Assembly (NCBI GenBank): GCA_002633005.1
Contig: NMRA01000804.1
Location: 1 to 64,000, forward strand
DNA from: Phoronis australis
Taxonomy: Eukaryota; Animalia; Phoronida
Direction: 5' to 3'
Length of the DNA: 64,000 nt
Shown here: positions 45,201 through 60,200 of the stretch, piece after piece
Layout: the number at the start of each line of letters is the position of its first letter
Numbering within the stretch: the first letter of the stretch is position 1
Notes under the pieces: model-generated
Database searches by the model: none
The model's input: only the letters and a program-made list of their open reading frames with translations
Told to the model about the DNA's origin: nothing
Position numbers and translations under genes: made by a program

Positions 45201-48200
45201 ACTTTCCCTCAACCATCATGCCTAACAATTCCACCTCATTTTGACTGTCACAAAGCTGCGTCAAAATATTAGAAGTCAGCAAGCGGCATTTTGTTTTGAC
45301 ATTGCTCCTTGTCCTGTGACTGTGACAGTTGACAATTATGTCTTCCGTGACTTTTGTCTTCGATGAAATTAACAATTTTGCTGATTTTGGGCTTAAAAAC
45401 TAGCATCCCGTTCAGTAGCTCGTGAACCTCGCTAAAAAGCAACGTAAGATATTGCCGTGTATTTTAAATGAGAACACATGACTTTGGGTCGATTGTAGTG
45501 AGGTCCTAGCATTACTGAATACACACCAGGCCTTGGCAGCTCCAACAGTCCATTCCACAGTAAGTACAAAAGTGGGTCAATGGGTCAACTACTAGAAAAG
45601 ATGAACGGTATACTGTGCCAAAGACTTCAAAAACCTGGGCACAAAGTCTAGTCAAATTGATTCCAAGTTCAATGTTTCCATCTTTTACAAATACTATATG
45701 TGCTTTTGGCTGCTTAAATAGGAATGGAAATACATCAAATTAGCATACGATTACTATGAACACATCAAATTAGCATACGATTACTATGAACTGGAGAGTG
45801 CCTACACTCTGCAGATTATAGGAATCTGGTGTGAGGTGGGTTTCGACCAGCCAGATTATTTACAAATCCAAAGTGTTATAAGAGTACCTGAATTTCCGCT
45901 TGCAAGCAGTCATGGTTTAAGTAGAGCTATGACTGAGCAAAAAAGGTGGGTCAGTGGGTCAACTACTAGCGATCTTGCAGTTGGAACAAACTCAGGCATC
46001 AAACAGATGCAACACAAACCTAGTGGGGAGGTAAATTCAACAATGGCTCAAAAAATGTACATCTTGTTGAAGCTTATCAGTTACCACCTGTGTGCTCTGT
46101 GACCTTGACATTGGAAACCTATGACCTTGATAGCTGATACGTATGACCTTGACACTTGACACCCATGTCTTCTGAGACCTGTTCAACAATTGATGCTTAT
46201 TTTCACTGTTACGTTTACCGTGTCATCTGTGACCATAAACTTCGACACATATTCCCTGTGCTACAGGAAACATTGACCAAAGCCAGTACTGCGACAAGGT
46301 GAAAGGTATCGTGGACTTCCTCGGGGCGCGTCTGTCTGAGGAGGAGCTGACCAAGATCTGGCATATGCAGGATGGTGAGACCAGCAGTGTGATCGATAAT
46401 ATCTACTCCATCATAGCTGTGGCTGTCATCAAGTTCAACTCAGAGCAGCTGGAGCACTTCTTCCTCTTAGTTCAAAAGGTAGAACGCAATGTTGGACCTC
46501 TGTAAAGCAGCATTAAATATGAATTTTCTTTTAAAAACAAGTTATTATTGAAGTCACTTGCCAATTGATTGCAATTGTTCTGAACTCAGAAGTAATTTCA
46601 AGTCTTCAAAAAAGCTGAGTGTTTGTTATTACTTTTGACCAAGCTCATGATATTTCAAGTCATGCCGTGACCTGAAATATTAGGAGCATGTTCTGAAGCG
46701 ATAATGAGCTGCCAGTTCTTGCTGAGCCTAGAGATCGCTTTTGAGCTGAATAAGGAACAAGTTAACGCCAATTTTATAAAGGTTAGAGTGGTTTAAAACA
46801 AAACTTGCTTTTGACAGAAAGCGTGGGTTTAATGTGGCACTGGTCTACTGTCGCCATGTCAACCACTATCGCTATGACAACCACTACGCTATCACACTAT
46901 CATAACATATAGCCAGCATTATCACAGCTGTGACTTTTGTCTGTGTTACTGCATTGATTTAGTCCTTATTAGTTGGCCAATCATGTAGGTTGATGTTTCC
47001 TCAATGGACTAGTTGTGTTTTAAGGCAGTTGTAAAGATATGCAACAAAAATATGCCTTCATGTTGTTGCAACCACCTTACCAAAGTACGTAGCTGTAAAC
47101 AGTACCACCAGTTTTAATGCTGATCAATTGAAAGTATACCATTAAAACTGAAAGTGTTTGGGTTTAGACTTGTCTGCACATCGTAATAGTTTGTTTTCAG
47201 ATGCGCTAGAAATTAATTAGAATTTTATTTTGTTTTTTCCCCAGAGTTGGAAGGATGAGAATGACCGACTACGTGAGAAGCTGCTGGTCTTGATTGGCAG
47301 GATCGGCAAAGATGCAAGGAATTCCAAGATTACCACTAGGGTTGGTATAGCAAGTGTTTATGACTATGAACCTTCACTTATTATTACCACCAGGGTTGGT
47401 ATAGCAAGTGTTTATGACTATGAACCTTCACTTATTATTACCACCAGGGTTGGTATACCAACTGTTGAGTACTGCCTATGAACCATCATTTGTGACTTGT
47501 TCTGAAGTCAAGTTGTCGGTCATGCTTCACGTTAAATTTCTGACTTAGCTGGATATAATGAGATTGGCAATTTTTAGGTGTCGGTCTGGAGTACCTTATT
47601 GTTTATGCATTGGCTTATGAACTTTGCTTGATTTCAGTAAGTTTCTGTAACTCATTTGTACACAGAATTATTTTAGCCTTCTGAGCAAATAATTGTAAAC
47701 CACATTTGTTTGTATTTTGACTCTTGTAAAACTGTCAACAAAAACAAAAGATAGCATTTCAAGGTTCATACCATCTACACTAGGTTATAAGGTCATCCCT
47801 AATATTTCATTTATTCTGATCCATGTCAAATCAGTGGGGCCCATCTCTCTCACCTGCACCCTGTCTTTAGGTGGACTTGTACCTGAATGTATACGGCATT
47901 TCTTTTGGTAGCCTGGTTTCATACTTGCCTCACTGTCCACCGTTTGTCTCCTCAGGTGTTGGAACTCTTATGGGATCTCGCCCACCTGCCCGCGCTTAAG
48001 TTGACCTTGGTTGAACTTGCACTGGACGAGCACCTCTCCATTCTTAGTGACTCCTACAGTGTGAAGGAACAGACGAAGAAAGGTTACGTGATCAAGTGTG
48101 TCGAAGACATAAAGAAGGTAAGAATGGCATGCAGCCAGGTACATATTGAAGTGGGGTTGGGGTCAGAGTTCGCTGTCGGCTTCATTATTTTTCCTATCCC

Positions 48201-51200
48201 TCAGGTGGTTGAAGTGAAAAAGACGCTCCTTTCATAATTAGGTCTCGTCGGGGTAACAAGACATTTGCTATGACTGTGGATCCCTTGTTACTCTGCAGAA
48301 GCACTTCATTCAAAAACCCCTGTCATTGGAATTGAACTCACTAACTGTGTATCACAATATTTTAAAATTGCACTTGGGTGACATCCATCTTTGTCTAATT
48401 TAACACCCGTGTTTGCTTTACCATCCAACAACAAAAATAATTTTAAACGTCTATGTTTGGCTTAACTCACACCCCTCACTGATTACGATCGAGGCATCCT
48501 TGAATGTGACCATCTAAAGTCGACATAAATGTTGTGTCTTGGGCATCATCTCGATCCACCAAACTTTTAATCACGTAATCCCAAACTTTCAGAAAAATTG
48601 TGTTTGAATACCAATACATGACTCAATACCCATGCCCAGATATTGGATTTTCCCAATCAAAGCACCCTCAACGAGGTGCGTAGGAATATTTGAATGACTT
48701 CAACTCAGTCCATAGACTAACCTTGTAAATTAGGAATGTTACATAACTATGATGAAGTGTAGTACAGACAAATGTGAATATTTTAAAATAATTGTGTAAT
48801 AGCTCACATTAATAATTGTCTCGTACCTCCAGGGTGTCTGGGTGTTGCCGGCACTCAAGCAACTGCTGCACATCACTAAGAACATCGCCAAACACAGTTA
48901 TGTGAAAGCTGAAAAAGGCATACTGCATGAGCTCAACAAAGGCCACGAAATCATAAAACTAGTCACCAATAGTTTGGTCAAGTGCCACAAGATGTCAGTG
49001 CAGGCAGCTGCTGGCCAGCCTGTCACTCCCAGCACTGTCGTGGACGGGAAGTACCGCCACGAGGAGGTAAGTCATGTGACCAGAAATCACTCCATCAAGT
49101 CTGTTCCTGATGCTGTGCAGTGGCTTGCAGCTTGATTTGTTAAAGCTTCTTTCTTTTTTAAAAGAGGCAGATCTCCTGAGCCCAAGGTCTTATCTTTGTT
49201 ATCAAACTCGAAATCATTTCATGACTGTTTAGCTCTACTTTCTTGGCGTGTGCTAGTGTGTATTATGGTTTACACAGAGGTGTAGCTTCTTCTAGTTCCA
49301 CTTGATGTTCCCTAGAATAAGCTTCAAACTGGATTAAAGGCTGATAATTTTGAGTGAAAACTTAAGATTTCGAATTCAGACAATATTCAGGCAGTCATCG
49401 ATGTAAACCGTAATATGTTCTCACGTGTATGGAATTTTCTTTTATTGAAGTCTTGTGTGATCCGTGTATCGTGTCTGTAAAACACCATGTATCAGCTTCT
49501 CCACCATTTGAGGACTTGTAAACCACAAGGAAGTCTCCATGTCAGAGTCTTTCGATTTCTCATGTTTCTCTAGTAATAGATGATTACGCCGTGAACAGTT
49601 CCATGGAATCATGTCACTATGTGTTGCCTGCAGTAATCAACACGTCCAGATTGCGAAGTCTTGAATTTACATCACAGCGAAAACAATTCTGAATGTTTCG
49701 CATAACATTCTACGTTGCACATAACATTGCACATTTCACATTTCAGGTGATCTCCAACCATTTGACTATCCTTCACTTTATCCTACAAGAGGGCGTTCTC
49801 TACTTGCACTGGCACCGTGCCAGAGATATCTGGGACACCTTGGTTGCCAGTAGTGACGCCTGCGACTGGGACAAAGAGGTGAGTCTCCGCAAGCACTTCT
49901 GCAGGTCAGAGGTCATTAGAAGCCCGAGTGTTGTGTCATTTGATGACTGCCATCGTCTTGTTGTCAATCTCGAAAAATACATCCTGGAATCGTTTCTCAA
50001 AACTTGATAGTTTTTCTGCAGATTAAAGTTTCACGCGGCGCTAATTAGGTAAAAATTTCAAACTCTAATAGGTCCAGTTTGTGGTGGTGAATCGTCCCGT
50101 TAAAGAAATCAGTGATCTCCTTTCAGTGTATGGTATTGTATGTCACCAGGAACTCTAATTCACTATTTAAATATTTAAAATTTTGTAAGATGGCACTTAA
50201 CATAGTTTTACAGCTTCTTTTTTATATTTCCTGTGTTTGCTTTTTTAGCTGAAGCGTAGCATTTATGTGTAATACGTTAAATGGAGACCCACTGACTACC
50301 GAGCATGTTTGCTTTCTCCACAGACTTGCTTTGATTGGTTCACTAAAGGGATATCTGACCTGGAGCCCGACACTCAGTCTTCACTGTTCCAGAAGGAGCT
50401 GTTGAGGCACGATGCATCCAAGATCACACCTAAAGGTAAGCAGTGCTGGTGGCAATAGTCTGATGTGTAGTGCTCACACTTTGAGAACCAGTTGAGGCCT
50501 GTTATTCAGTTCTGATGTGGAGTGCTCACACTTTGAGAACCAGTTGAGGCCTGTTATTCAGTTCTGATGTGGAGTGCTCACACTTTGAGAACCAGTTGAG
50601 GCCTGTTATTCAGTTCTGATGTGGAGTGCTCACACTTTGAGAACCAGTTGAGGCCTGTTATTCAGTTCTGAAAACTGGTTTTCAAAATGCTGACAGATTA
50701 TTATATCAGACTATTACCGTGGTGGCGATGCTTTGTCTCACTACTTGTATACGTTTGGTTAATGCCTACTCCAGAATTTTTGACAGAATAAAAATTCCTT
50801 ATTTTTCTCCCTGTTGTGTGCTGCCATGTTAAAGTGACACTCTTGGGGAGAAGAACCACTTAACAGAACGCACCAGGAGCATGGAATCAAAGCACTATCT
50901 CTGCAGTAGCAGTCAAATGCTCTACTGCAGACCCCAATCCACACGTTGAATACCTACACTATTTTAAGGATGTTTAAACAGTAAAGACACGTGCCTTGAT
51001 TTCAGCAAATGTCTGGGAGACAGGGACGAGAATTGGCGATTTGTAATAAAATTACAAAAATGCAACAGATTTTTTTTGTAGTTCTGGTCAAAGCTAATAA
51101 CTCCAAGAGCCTGCCCTGTCGAGCAGTGGTCACAAAAATGTGTTATTGTAATGAAATCAATAATTAATATCACGCAAGTCTGTCCTAATGGAGCTGCATT

Positions 51201-54200
51201 GTCACAGTTAGTATGGTATGGACGTGGATGCTGTTTTGAGGCTCATTTATTTGTCTCATTTTGGTAGGGTTCCAGTGTTGGAAGTGTTTCTTTGAGAACG
51301 TCAACCTCTTTGAGCACCGCCTGAAGAGATCAGGAACGTCTGTAAGTTACTTTGGCTTCGGCCTGGTCTCAAGTTCTTGTTAGCTGGAGTCTCATTGTTA
51401 TGGCTTTGGCCTGGTCCCAAGGTCTTGTTAGCTGGAGTCGCATTGTTAGTGGTTTGAAAATCAACTGAGTATGTCCAACCTCCAACTCGAGCTGATGTTT
51501 CAGTCATTTGTGTAACAGTTTCTGTAACATTGCTCTGGAGGTGTTGCTACAGGATTATCATTAACAATGTATAGTTAAAGTAAAGTTTATGTTGCACCAT
51601 AATGACAAGTCCATGCATTAAGCCAAAGTCTTACAAAACTAGATTCTAGTTAAATCTATATACTAAGGATTGGCCGGGAGTGGAAAGACGTAGGATTAGA
51701 TTTTGAACTTTACTCCATTCTGTCGTTAAATTGAACATGAGACCGTGTCTTTTTAGTAAAATTTTGGAAAAATGAAGTTTGTGCATTTGTTGCTATGGTA
51801 TAGCGTGCTCAATAACATGGCCACATTTCATTTGATGTTATTATCTAACATGAAATCTCAAAAATGCTGTCTCGGTTTTCTAACATGTTTCCTTTTAACT
51901 TGAATCTACAACTTTTGAGTTTTTCCACAAACATCATAGAAGTCCTATTTTGGATATCTTTTCATGCAAAAGTTTAAATTATAATTCACCAACTGCATTT
52001 TTAGAAAGCTGTGCATAATGCGTGTTACCTGAAAGATCCACACTAATCACATCAACCATTTCTGAATTACGAATTTGTGAAGTTGGTCTAATTTTGACAT
52101 TTTCTATAGTCCTACACATCATTTACTCCGCTATATTACACTGAGGAGACTCCACTTGTTACTTTCAGTTCAGCGTGGAGAAGTTGGAGCTGATTGGTCT
52201 AGAGTATTTGTGGGAGATCTGCCTGAACACTTCTGATGAGGAGATCGCATCTTCTGCCATACGTCTGCTGATGAGCATGAGTTATACTAGCCTCAACCCC
52301 AAACTAAAGAAGGTTGGTATCGACAGTATGGACTTGAGACATCACTAATTTGTTCAACTAAAACCCGATTTTTCCCATACTGGACGATTGATTGAGAATT
52401 CATCTCTTGCCTGAGTCAAACTTTTATGTTTTTTAAATCACATGTCAGGTTTTGATAAAAGCTGTTGAGATTTTGACAACTCTTCGTTAGTTTTCATTTG
52501 AACTGCACCTGTCCGTCATCATCCATTAACAACACACTATAATGATACTGGCAAACCAGCGTAGGGACAAACAAAGACTAAATACTGCATTATTTAAGGC
52601 TAAAATACAAAACTTTGGATTAAAAATTGATTTCTCTTTCTCATCCAGGATCCCATAACACTTCATAAGAAGTTCATCAAGGAGTGCTACAGCCGGCTAG
52701 AAGCAGCCATGATCACATTCAACGGTGGTGGCTCCCTCATCTACCAGACCCTGTCCTGTGCTAATCGTACCATCATCGCTCCCTGTGTCGCTGAGGCTCT
52801 CAATGTTCCTAAACCCCTTAGGTGCGTATTTCTGTGCTTTGCCGTGTGGTTCTCATTGTCTATTGAAGAAGTCTACTCTTTCTGCTGTTACCACATTGTC
52901 TAAGCAAATGGTCTGCAGTCGTCTTATGACGTCATTCCATGAGGTCCGTGTGACAGTCTGTCCACGAGTGCTTTCCAACACTACTGTTGCGACCTGTTAT
53001 GTCGAGAGCCATACACTGTTGATAAGACCGATTCTTTACCGACTTGCATTTATGTAAAAAGTGGTCATTAAGTTTGAGCATACGTTTAGTTTGAAGGCAG
53101 CTGGTATCATATTCTCTGGTAATCTGCTCTGCTGTAGGTCTGGGAAGTTGTTTGATGGCAGCTGGTATCATATTCACTAGTAATCTTCTCTCCTGTAGGT
53201 ATGAGAAGTTGTTTGATGGCAGCTGGTATCATATTTACTGATAATCTTCTCTCCTGTAGGTCTGAGAAGTTGTTTGATGGCAGCTGGTATCATATTCACT
53301 GGTAATCTTCTCTCCTGTAGGTATGAGAAGTTGTTTGATGGCAGCTGGTATCATATTCACTGGTAATCTTCTCTCCTGTAGGTATGAGAAGTTGTTTGAT
53401 GGCAGCTGGTATCATATTCACTAGTTGCCTTCTCTGCTGTAGGTCTGACAAGTTGCTCAACATTGAGCGTATCCTCAAGATAGCTGAAAAGTATGTACTT
53501 ACTGTTGAGGAGATGCACACCACTCCTCGCACCATCCTGCCTCACGGCGCCTCATTTATGGGCAATCCCGTCACCATGACCTGTGTGTGTGAGACACCCA
53601 AGATGGAGTTCCAGATTATGGTAAGGGCAGGCGTGGTAGTGTTGTTGGATAAATATTGCTTCTAAATTTTATGGAGGTCGTGCCACGTTGTTTCAGTTGT
53701 GGTTGTTTGTTTCACATCTGCATGGAAATCTCTTAGTAAATGAAGAAGGGGAAAGTCATGGAAAGTCATGAAAAGTCATGGAAAGTTTTACGGGGTCAAT
53801 GGAATGCTGGGTCAATGGAATGCTCAGTTTTGTGACTCCCACTGTGAGTTTGTGTATTCAGTTCGATGTGTCAGCAATTATCAACAAGAATTTTATGTGA
53901 AAGATATCTCGAATGTCTTGAACATATTGTGGAGACTAGTTGAATCCGAGAAAGCAATATGAAATTAGATTTAAAAAATCTTAACTGTGTTACTCTACAG
54001 TCCAAAAGAATTCAGACAAAATGACTCAGAATTCCCTGTCATCATGGCTGGCAGAAGCTTACTTGAAGTTTACTTTTGTCTAGTACACTGTATTTGTTTG
54101 TCTTCCATTTTAGGGTCATATGAATGAAAGTCTTGCTTCAGTGAGGCGAAAGATCGCAGACCATTGCAAGACCACACCCGACAATGTGCAGATTTATGCT

Positions 54201-57200
54201 AATGAGAAACTGGTAGGGAAACTGTGTTAAAGCCATTACTAGTGTTCATTATTAAATGGAAACAGGCAGATCTTTCATTATACTTTCTGGGTCCAGTTGA
54301 TTGAATTTACAACTTTGCTCAGAGTAGTGTAGGTCAAGGACTGGATAGAAATATTCAATGGAATACCAGCCATTGGTTGTATGTTAGTAGGAAACTGCAC
54401 CAAATGACCCCACAAGTGTACCAACTGACCTCTGGTTTTTGTTTCCTGGTGATTTCAGTTTCTGATTAGGTTAACATGGAAGTTGATGTTAATGTGTCTT
54501 ACTCTTTATTGTGGTTCTATTCTTGGTTCCAGGACTGCTTTTGTTCTGTTGTCGCATTTTGGCATCACTTATGAATGACTGTGGCACTCCTATTGACTAC
54601 TCATGTAATACTTGTGTGATGAGAACTCTGCGTGTTTAGTTTATCTACAATGCTTGACCCCCATTTATGCTATATTTACAGCTTGGACAAGACCAGAAAA
54701 AGACCAAAGACCACAAACTGCTCCATCAGCTTGGTTTTGCCGACTGTCAACACCTCAATATTAGAGTGTTTGGCACTGTCTTGACTAACATAAGCCAGTC
54801 ATCAGATACAGTGTTCAAGTCTCATGAGGTACATTCAAACAGTCATCCATGTTCGATGTCTTGATGAAGGGCACAACTACATCAATTTCTCGTGTGTAGA
54901 ACCTCTGCATTGCTTTTTTGCTGCTTTGCCGTCTTTTAGTTTCGGTGTTGTTAAAATCAATTTGTCCTGGTTGTTTTAGTTCCTTCGCTGTTTTATAAAA
55001 ATTTTGTGAGTTCCACTTAAAAATGTTAAAAATACCCATACCACTAAATGCTAATTATGCTCAGTTTTTTGTAATGACATTCTAATGTGTCCTCCAGCCT
55101 ACTACACCAACCAAATCATCATACGACCTTGAACAAGAGAAGATGCTCCCTGGCGTTGTCATGGCGATGGAGGGTCAGGTGTTCGGCATGTTGTACCAGC
55201 TGAGTGAGCTGGATGAACCAAAGATTACCACCAGGGTGCGCCAGCTGCTGATGCTCATCCCCACTGACCCCAGTGTCAGCGATAACCTAGACAGTATAGG
55301 ATTAAAGGTCAGTGACATGGTTTATTTTATGTGGGCATTCATTTGCTGCAAGTTATGATGTAGTTTGTTGGAAGTGCATATAGTAGTTTATAGTGCATTT
55401 CTGCAATATGAATTTATGTTGAAATTTCAAAATTATATTTGGGATGGTTTTTTGGTGGTTTCATTGTTTTTATTTGGGGTGAGTTTGAAATAACTAGTAA
55501 GCATTAATTACTGGTTCTCAGTATATCTGATTGCTGGTGCAGTTGGGCTAGTATGTAAATGTGGAAAGGTTTGTGTTTTGTCAATGTTGCAGTCCTTATT
55601 CATGAACTGGGTTTGTTTATTGAATGAAGACTGGAAACACAATGGGTTATTTGTTTAAATCTTGTTGGATGTCTATGTTATGTAATAAAAGTAATCCGTT
55701 CACTCGCTATTCTGTTACGAGTTCTTGGTAAATCTTTTTAAACTTTGACAAATTAAAGTTTCTTTTGAATCATAAAATGAGTCGAATATTTTTTTAACTG
55801 GGGTAAGGTGTAATGACCTTGTTTTCACTATATTCTAGTTGTTGAGGTATCCGTCACCAGATGGCGCTAGTCCTATGCCCAGCCCCAAAGCGAGTCCAAG
55901 GAAAGTCTCATTCACGCCTTCTCCCATGCCGAGTCCTCGGATGCCACCAAAAGAGGTCCTTAAAAACCACTTTGATGCTAACGCCCCTGAAATGTCCACC
56001 TTTAGAGTTCTCTACAACTTGGAGGTAATATAAAGATATTGTTGAATAATAAATTTATTAATTTATTTAAGTGTTAATGAAAAGTTGTGTGCTTTCTTTG
56101 GCATGCAGGCAATTTATTTAATGTACCGCTGGCCTTTTGATTTTGTCTTGCCAAAATAATGGAACAGTTGAATTTAAATTGAATTCAATTATTTTCAACT
56201 GAAGGGGTATTGTCACCAATATCGCGCTTTGTCATGATCTCAGTTCTCTAATATCATTACGAATTAATAATGTCAGACACTCAGTCAGCTGATGACTATC
56301 CTGGAGTGTAGCAAGCCTCCGCAGACACATTGACCAATCAAAACTGTTGTCTGTTCATGATGTCATGTGACATGAATCTACTAAGTTGTTTATTTATGGA
56401 ACGCATTTCTGGCGAGCGATTGTTTGGTCTGAGGAGAAATGGGTGTCATATATGTGACTTCTCAAATTGTAATGTTGTTTAACCCTGATCCCGCCCCTTT
56501 AAGGGTAAACGCATGTCCAATAATATTGAACTCAATCAGTGTACAGACCACACACCCTCTGTTGTCATTATCTTCAATCTCAGGTCCTCAGCAGTAAACT
56601 CATGCCCATCGTCCTGGACCCAGCCGCCCTGCAGAGTGCCATGCTGTTTTGTGAAGAGTTTCTCAACACGGGGGGTCTTGGCCTGGTCATCAACGTGCTG
56701 CAGAAAGACTCCATACCACTGGAGGTAGAGTACTCAACGCGACAAGACTGCTACGCCATCTGTCTTCAGCTAGCCAGGTAAAGTAACCTGTATAATGTAG
56801 TTGGTGGTAAAACTGACTTGTAAGACTCTTATGTGAGCTTCATCACACTTTCTTGTATTTATGATGGCATTGTGTCAAATTGTGAAAGATGATAACGGCT
56901 CCATGTAATCATTTCTTTATTTTGCTTTCACCATGTTCATTTTACGAAGTGCTCGAAGAACGAGACACCTGCCATCAAAATAGAGCTACTTGTAACTGTT
57001 TCAACTTGTTTGTTTGTGATGCCTGTTGGCAATTCACTTTACAACTGCTCAATAGAAGATTTGCATGAGCGAGTGTACATAAAGTGTCCAACGGAAAATA
57101 CAATCATTTTTTTCAAACAAAATTGTATTACAAGTGTACTTTTTTCTGTAATAACCACTTTCAAAGTTCTGAAATTGTAATGTGAACATTACATAACTCT

Positions 57201-60200
57201 TAGAGGACTATGACATCATTTTGGAATACAGTATTGTCATTAATGTTTTTGTGGACAAGGTGACCTTGCATAGCCTTGGATATTTATCTAATATGTTCTT
57301 GGTTAACGCTTACAGCGCTGGGCATTACATTGAACGCTGCATAATGTGTCTCTTAAAATCAAGTGTGTGTTTAGCTAGACGTTAATGTTCACCTGTTATA
57401 ACCATCTCTCTGACCATCTCGCACTATCTCTCACTAGATTCCTTCTTTGTGGAGAGACGGTCACCGGTGAAGACCACCATCAGTTACTGGTCAAACAGCG
57501 CGTTGGCACAGCTCCCCTTGCAACCACAGGTGGCGCTAGTAGCTCAGCACAGGCATCTCCATCTGCAGGCTCATCTAGTTTGTCCGCTGTGACATCTAAT
57601 GGGAATAAACTTGGACCGCTGACCATTGATACATCGCGACCGTCGGCGGCCTCAAGAGCCATCCAGGTAGCTAAACTATGTCATGTTCTGCACTCTGTGT
57701 TTTACTTCTTCCCAAAGCCCATAGTGTTTTTGTCTAGAGACTTCATCCCTTATACACTGAGGCAAGACTATCAACTAAGTCTAAGAACTAAATGAATTTT
57801 TCCATTTTCAAGAAAAGTTTTCACACTCTAGGGTTCATGTGCAATATTTCTTCCACAGCAAAGTAATTTTGAATGAAATATAATTATTTAAAACAACTAT
57901 AAAACATAATTCCCTCAAGTAAACAAACTTTTGGTTTACCTCGCTTACTGCTACAAATTTGATCTCCACTTTTTCCTTTCTTAGGATGCAAGTGGTTTTT
58001 GAGCTAAAGCTTGATGGTTCGTTTTTGCTCGAAACTTCCGCACCATGACAAACCAGCTTGTTGAGTCTTGTCTCGAAGAGTACCATGTTGCCTCAACTCA
58101 AAAATTCCTGCTAGTATGATGAAGCAATGAAGCAATGAATAGAGGTCAATTCCGTAACATATTTTTTGGCCTTGAGGTGAACTTATAGCGCATTTAACCA
58201 TCATTTTGTTTGTCATCATCCATTCTTTGTTGTCCTGCAGCACATGGGAGTGAATGACTTCACTGAGACAGTGGCTTGTCTCATGCGTGTCACGTGGGCG
58301 GCAGCAGCGGGACGCCTCCATCTTGCCTCTTCAATTCAACCAATCAAAGATGCTAATGTTTACAGCGGGGGTCGGCGCAGTCGGCAGAGCAGCACAGGTA
58401 AACGGAAATATTCTTTCTTGTTGTTGGCAACAGAGTCAGCGTTGAATAAATGAATTATTTGCAATTATTAGCATTTCTATGAGCTTGCCTTTGGTCGAAT
58501 AAGAAAATGTAAAGTGGAGTTAAATTGGTAAATTCCTGTGTATTATTATATTAAGGGATGTAAACGCAGACAGTTCACAGACCTTTCTTCATTGATGATA
58601 CTTTTTTCAAATTCTTTTTCATTTTATCATTGAATCTGTCTACTTGTCTTTGCTTCAGAGTTGGTAAACATTAAAATGCATTAGTTGTGTGATACAAAGA
58701 TACGAGACATGATGTATTGTTTTGCTTTTCCTCCACCGTTACTCACTTACTGGTGTCTCATTTACTCACCAGGTAGCAGCACCAGCACTAACAGTGAGAG
58801 TGAAAGCCAGTGTCTACATGCTGGCGTCTGTGTTCAGCAGACAGACGTGTCCAGCAAAGACACTCTGATAGCAAAGGAAGCCCTGGAGCTGCTGGTGACG
58901 TGTCTACAGATCAGGTGTCAACTCATAGGTACGGCAGTGACGGGATGTGTCGTGGTCACATGGTCTGTGTTGCATCATTTGTTGGAATAAAACTGGAGAC
59001 TATTATGCGCATTTTCCCAAACGCTGAATTACCAGCCAGTAGTTTCCAAATGATAATATCCACTTCAAAAGTAACAATTAGTCTTTATACACTCCCATAT
59101 AGTTTGTTGCTACTGATTTCATTGATGTAATAAAAATTCATCTTCACAAATTTTTTTTTGTCACAAAACTTAGTTACTTTCTATCTTCCATTGGTGAAAA
59201 AATTAACTTAAAGAAATGTATTTGAATTTAAAGTCATAAATCTTATGGTTTCTTGTTAATGGTCATGAACTTAGACTAACTTCTGAATTTGGGAAGAAAT
59301 GACAATTCATTGTTGTTTGATGTCATAATCAATACTAAGGGTTGACGTAGCTATCACCTTATGCACTTAAAATAATATGGCTGGCAGCAATCTGGTTCTG
59401 TGATTCAACACTAGATGGAGTCATAACTGGTTCACTGTTGCCTAGTCATTTATATTCATCCCCTTACACGTCTGCCTTTCTTTTGAACGTCTGTCACTCG
59501 TAGTCGTCTGCTGTCTTCCTGTTGCAGCTTCATTCTACTCTCTCCCATGTGTCAGTGACTTTATCATCGATGTTCTGGTCGGATGCACCCAGTCAAGCAT
59601 TCGCTGTGAAGCTGTCAGTCAGTTCTCTAGATTTATGACGACTGACATACCGCCCCTCTCTGATAGCTCTACCCATCAGCCCACCCCCCATCAGTTCTTG
59701 GTACAGGTACTCATGAAGGCTCGTCTTCCATTTTGGATCTCGTCTGCCAATACTAGGGGATCAAGTCAAAGGTAGGAAATGATTAAGATTACATTGACCA
59801 TGTTAACAACTACATGCTGGTTGTGTATATAATGCAACAAAGCTTGAATTGTAATACAAAAAAGCTGGAACCTGGTGGTACGTTTTTGTGGTTTTACTTT
59901 GAAGTGAAACTCCTGATTGGTTGGGTTGAACATAGTCTTTGTCTTATTTTGTATTTGTGCTCAAAGTGTTTTCTTTGATGTCACCCTGTCATTGAGTCAA
60001 TTAAAAGTTCATGTCGTGCCAAAATCTTCGTAGTAAATAATCTCCATGATTATCTAGGGTTTGTGAATGCAACCCTCGTCTAAGATGATAATTCAAGAAG
60101 TGTATCCCAAATAATTATCCCAAAATGGGGTTTTCAACCCTAAACCGGACTGTGCCCTTTCAACGAATACTTTGTTGGGCAGGATAGACTTGAATTTATC

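Noticed and set aside
50459-53454. CRISPR-like arrays (52-bp and 61-bp repeats)
   Set aside because: Units are contiguous with no unique spacers, there are no cas genes, and the context is eukaryotic introns; they are minisatellites.
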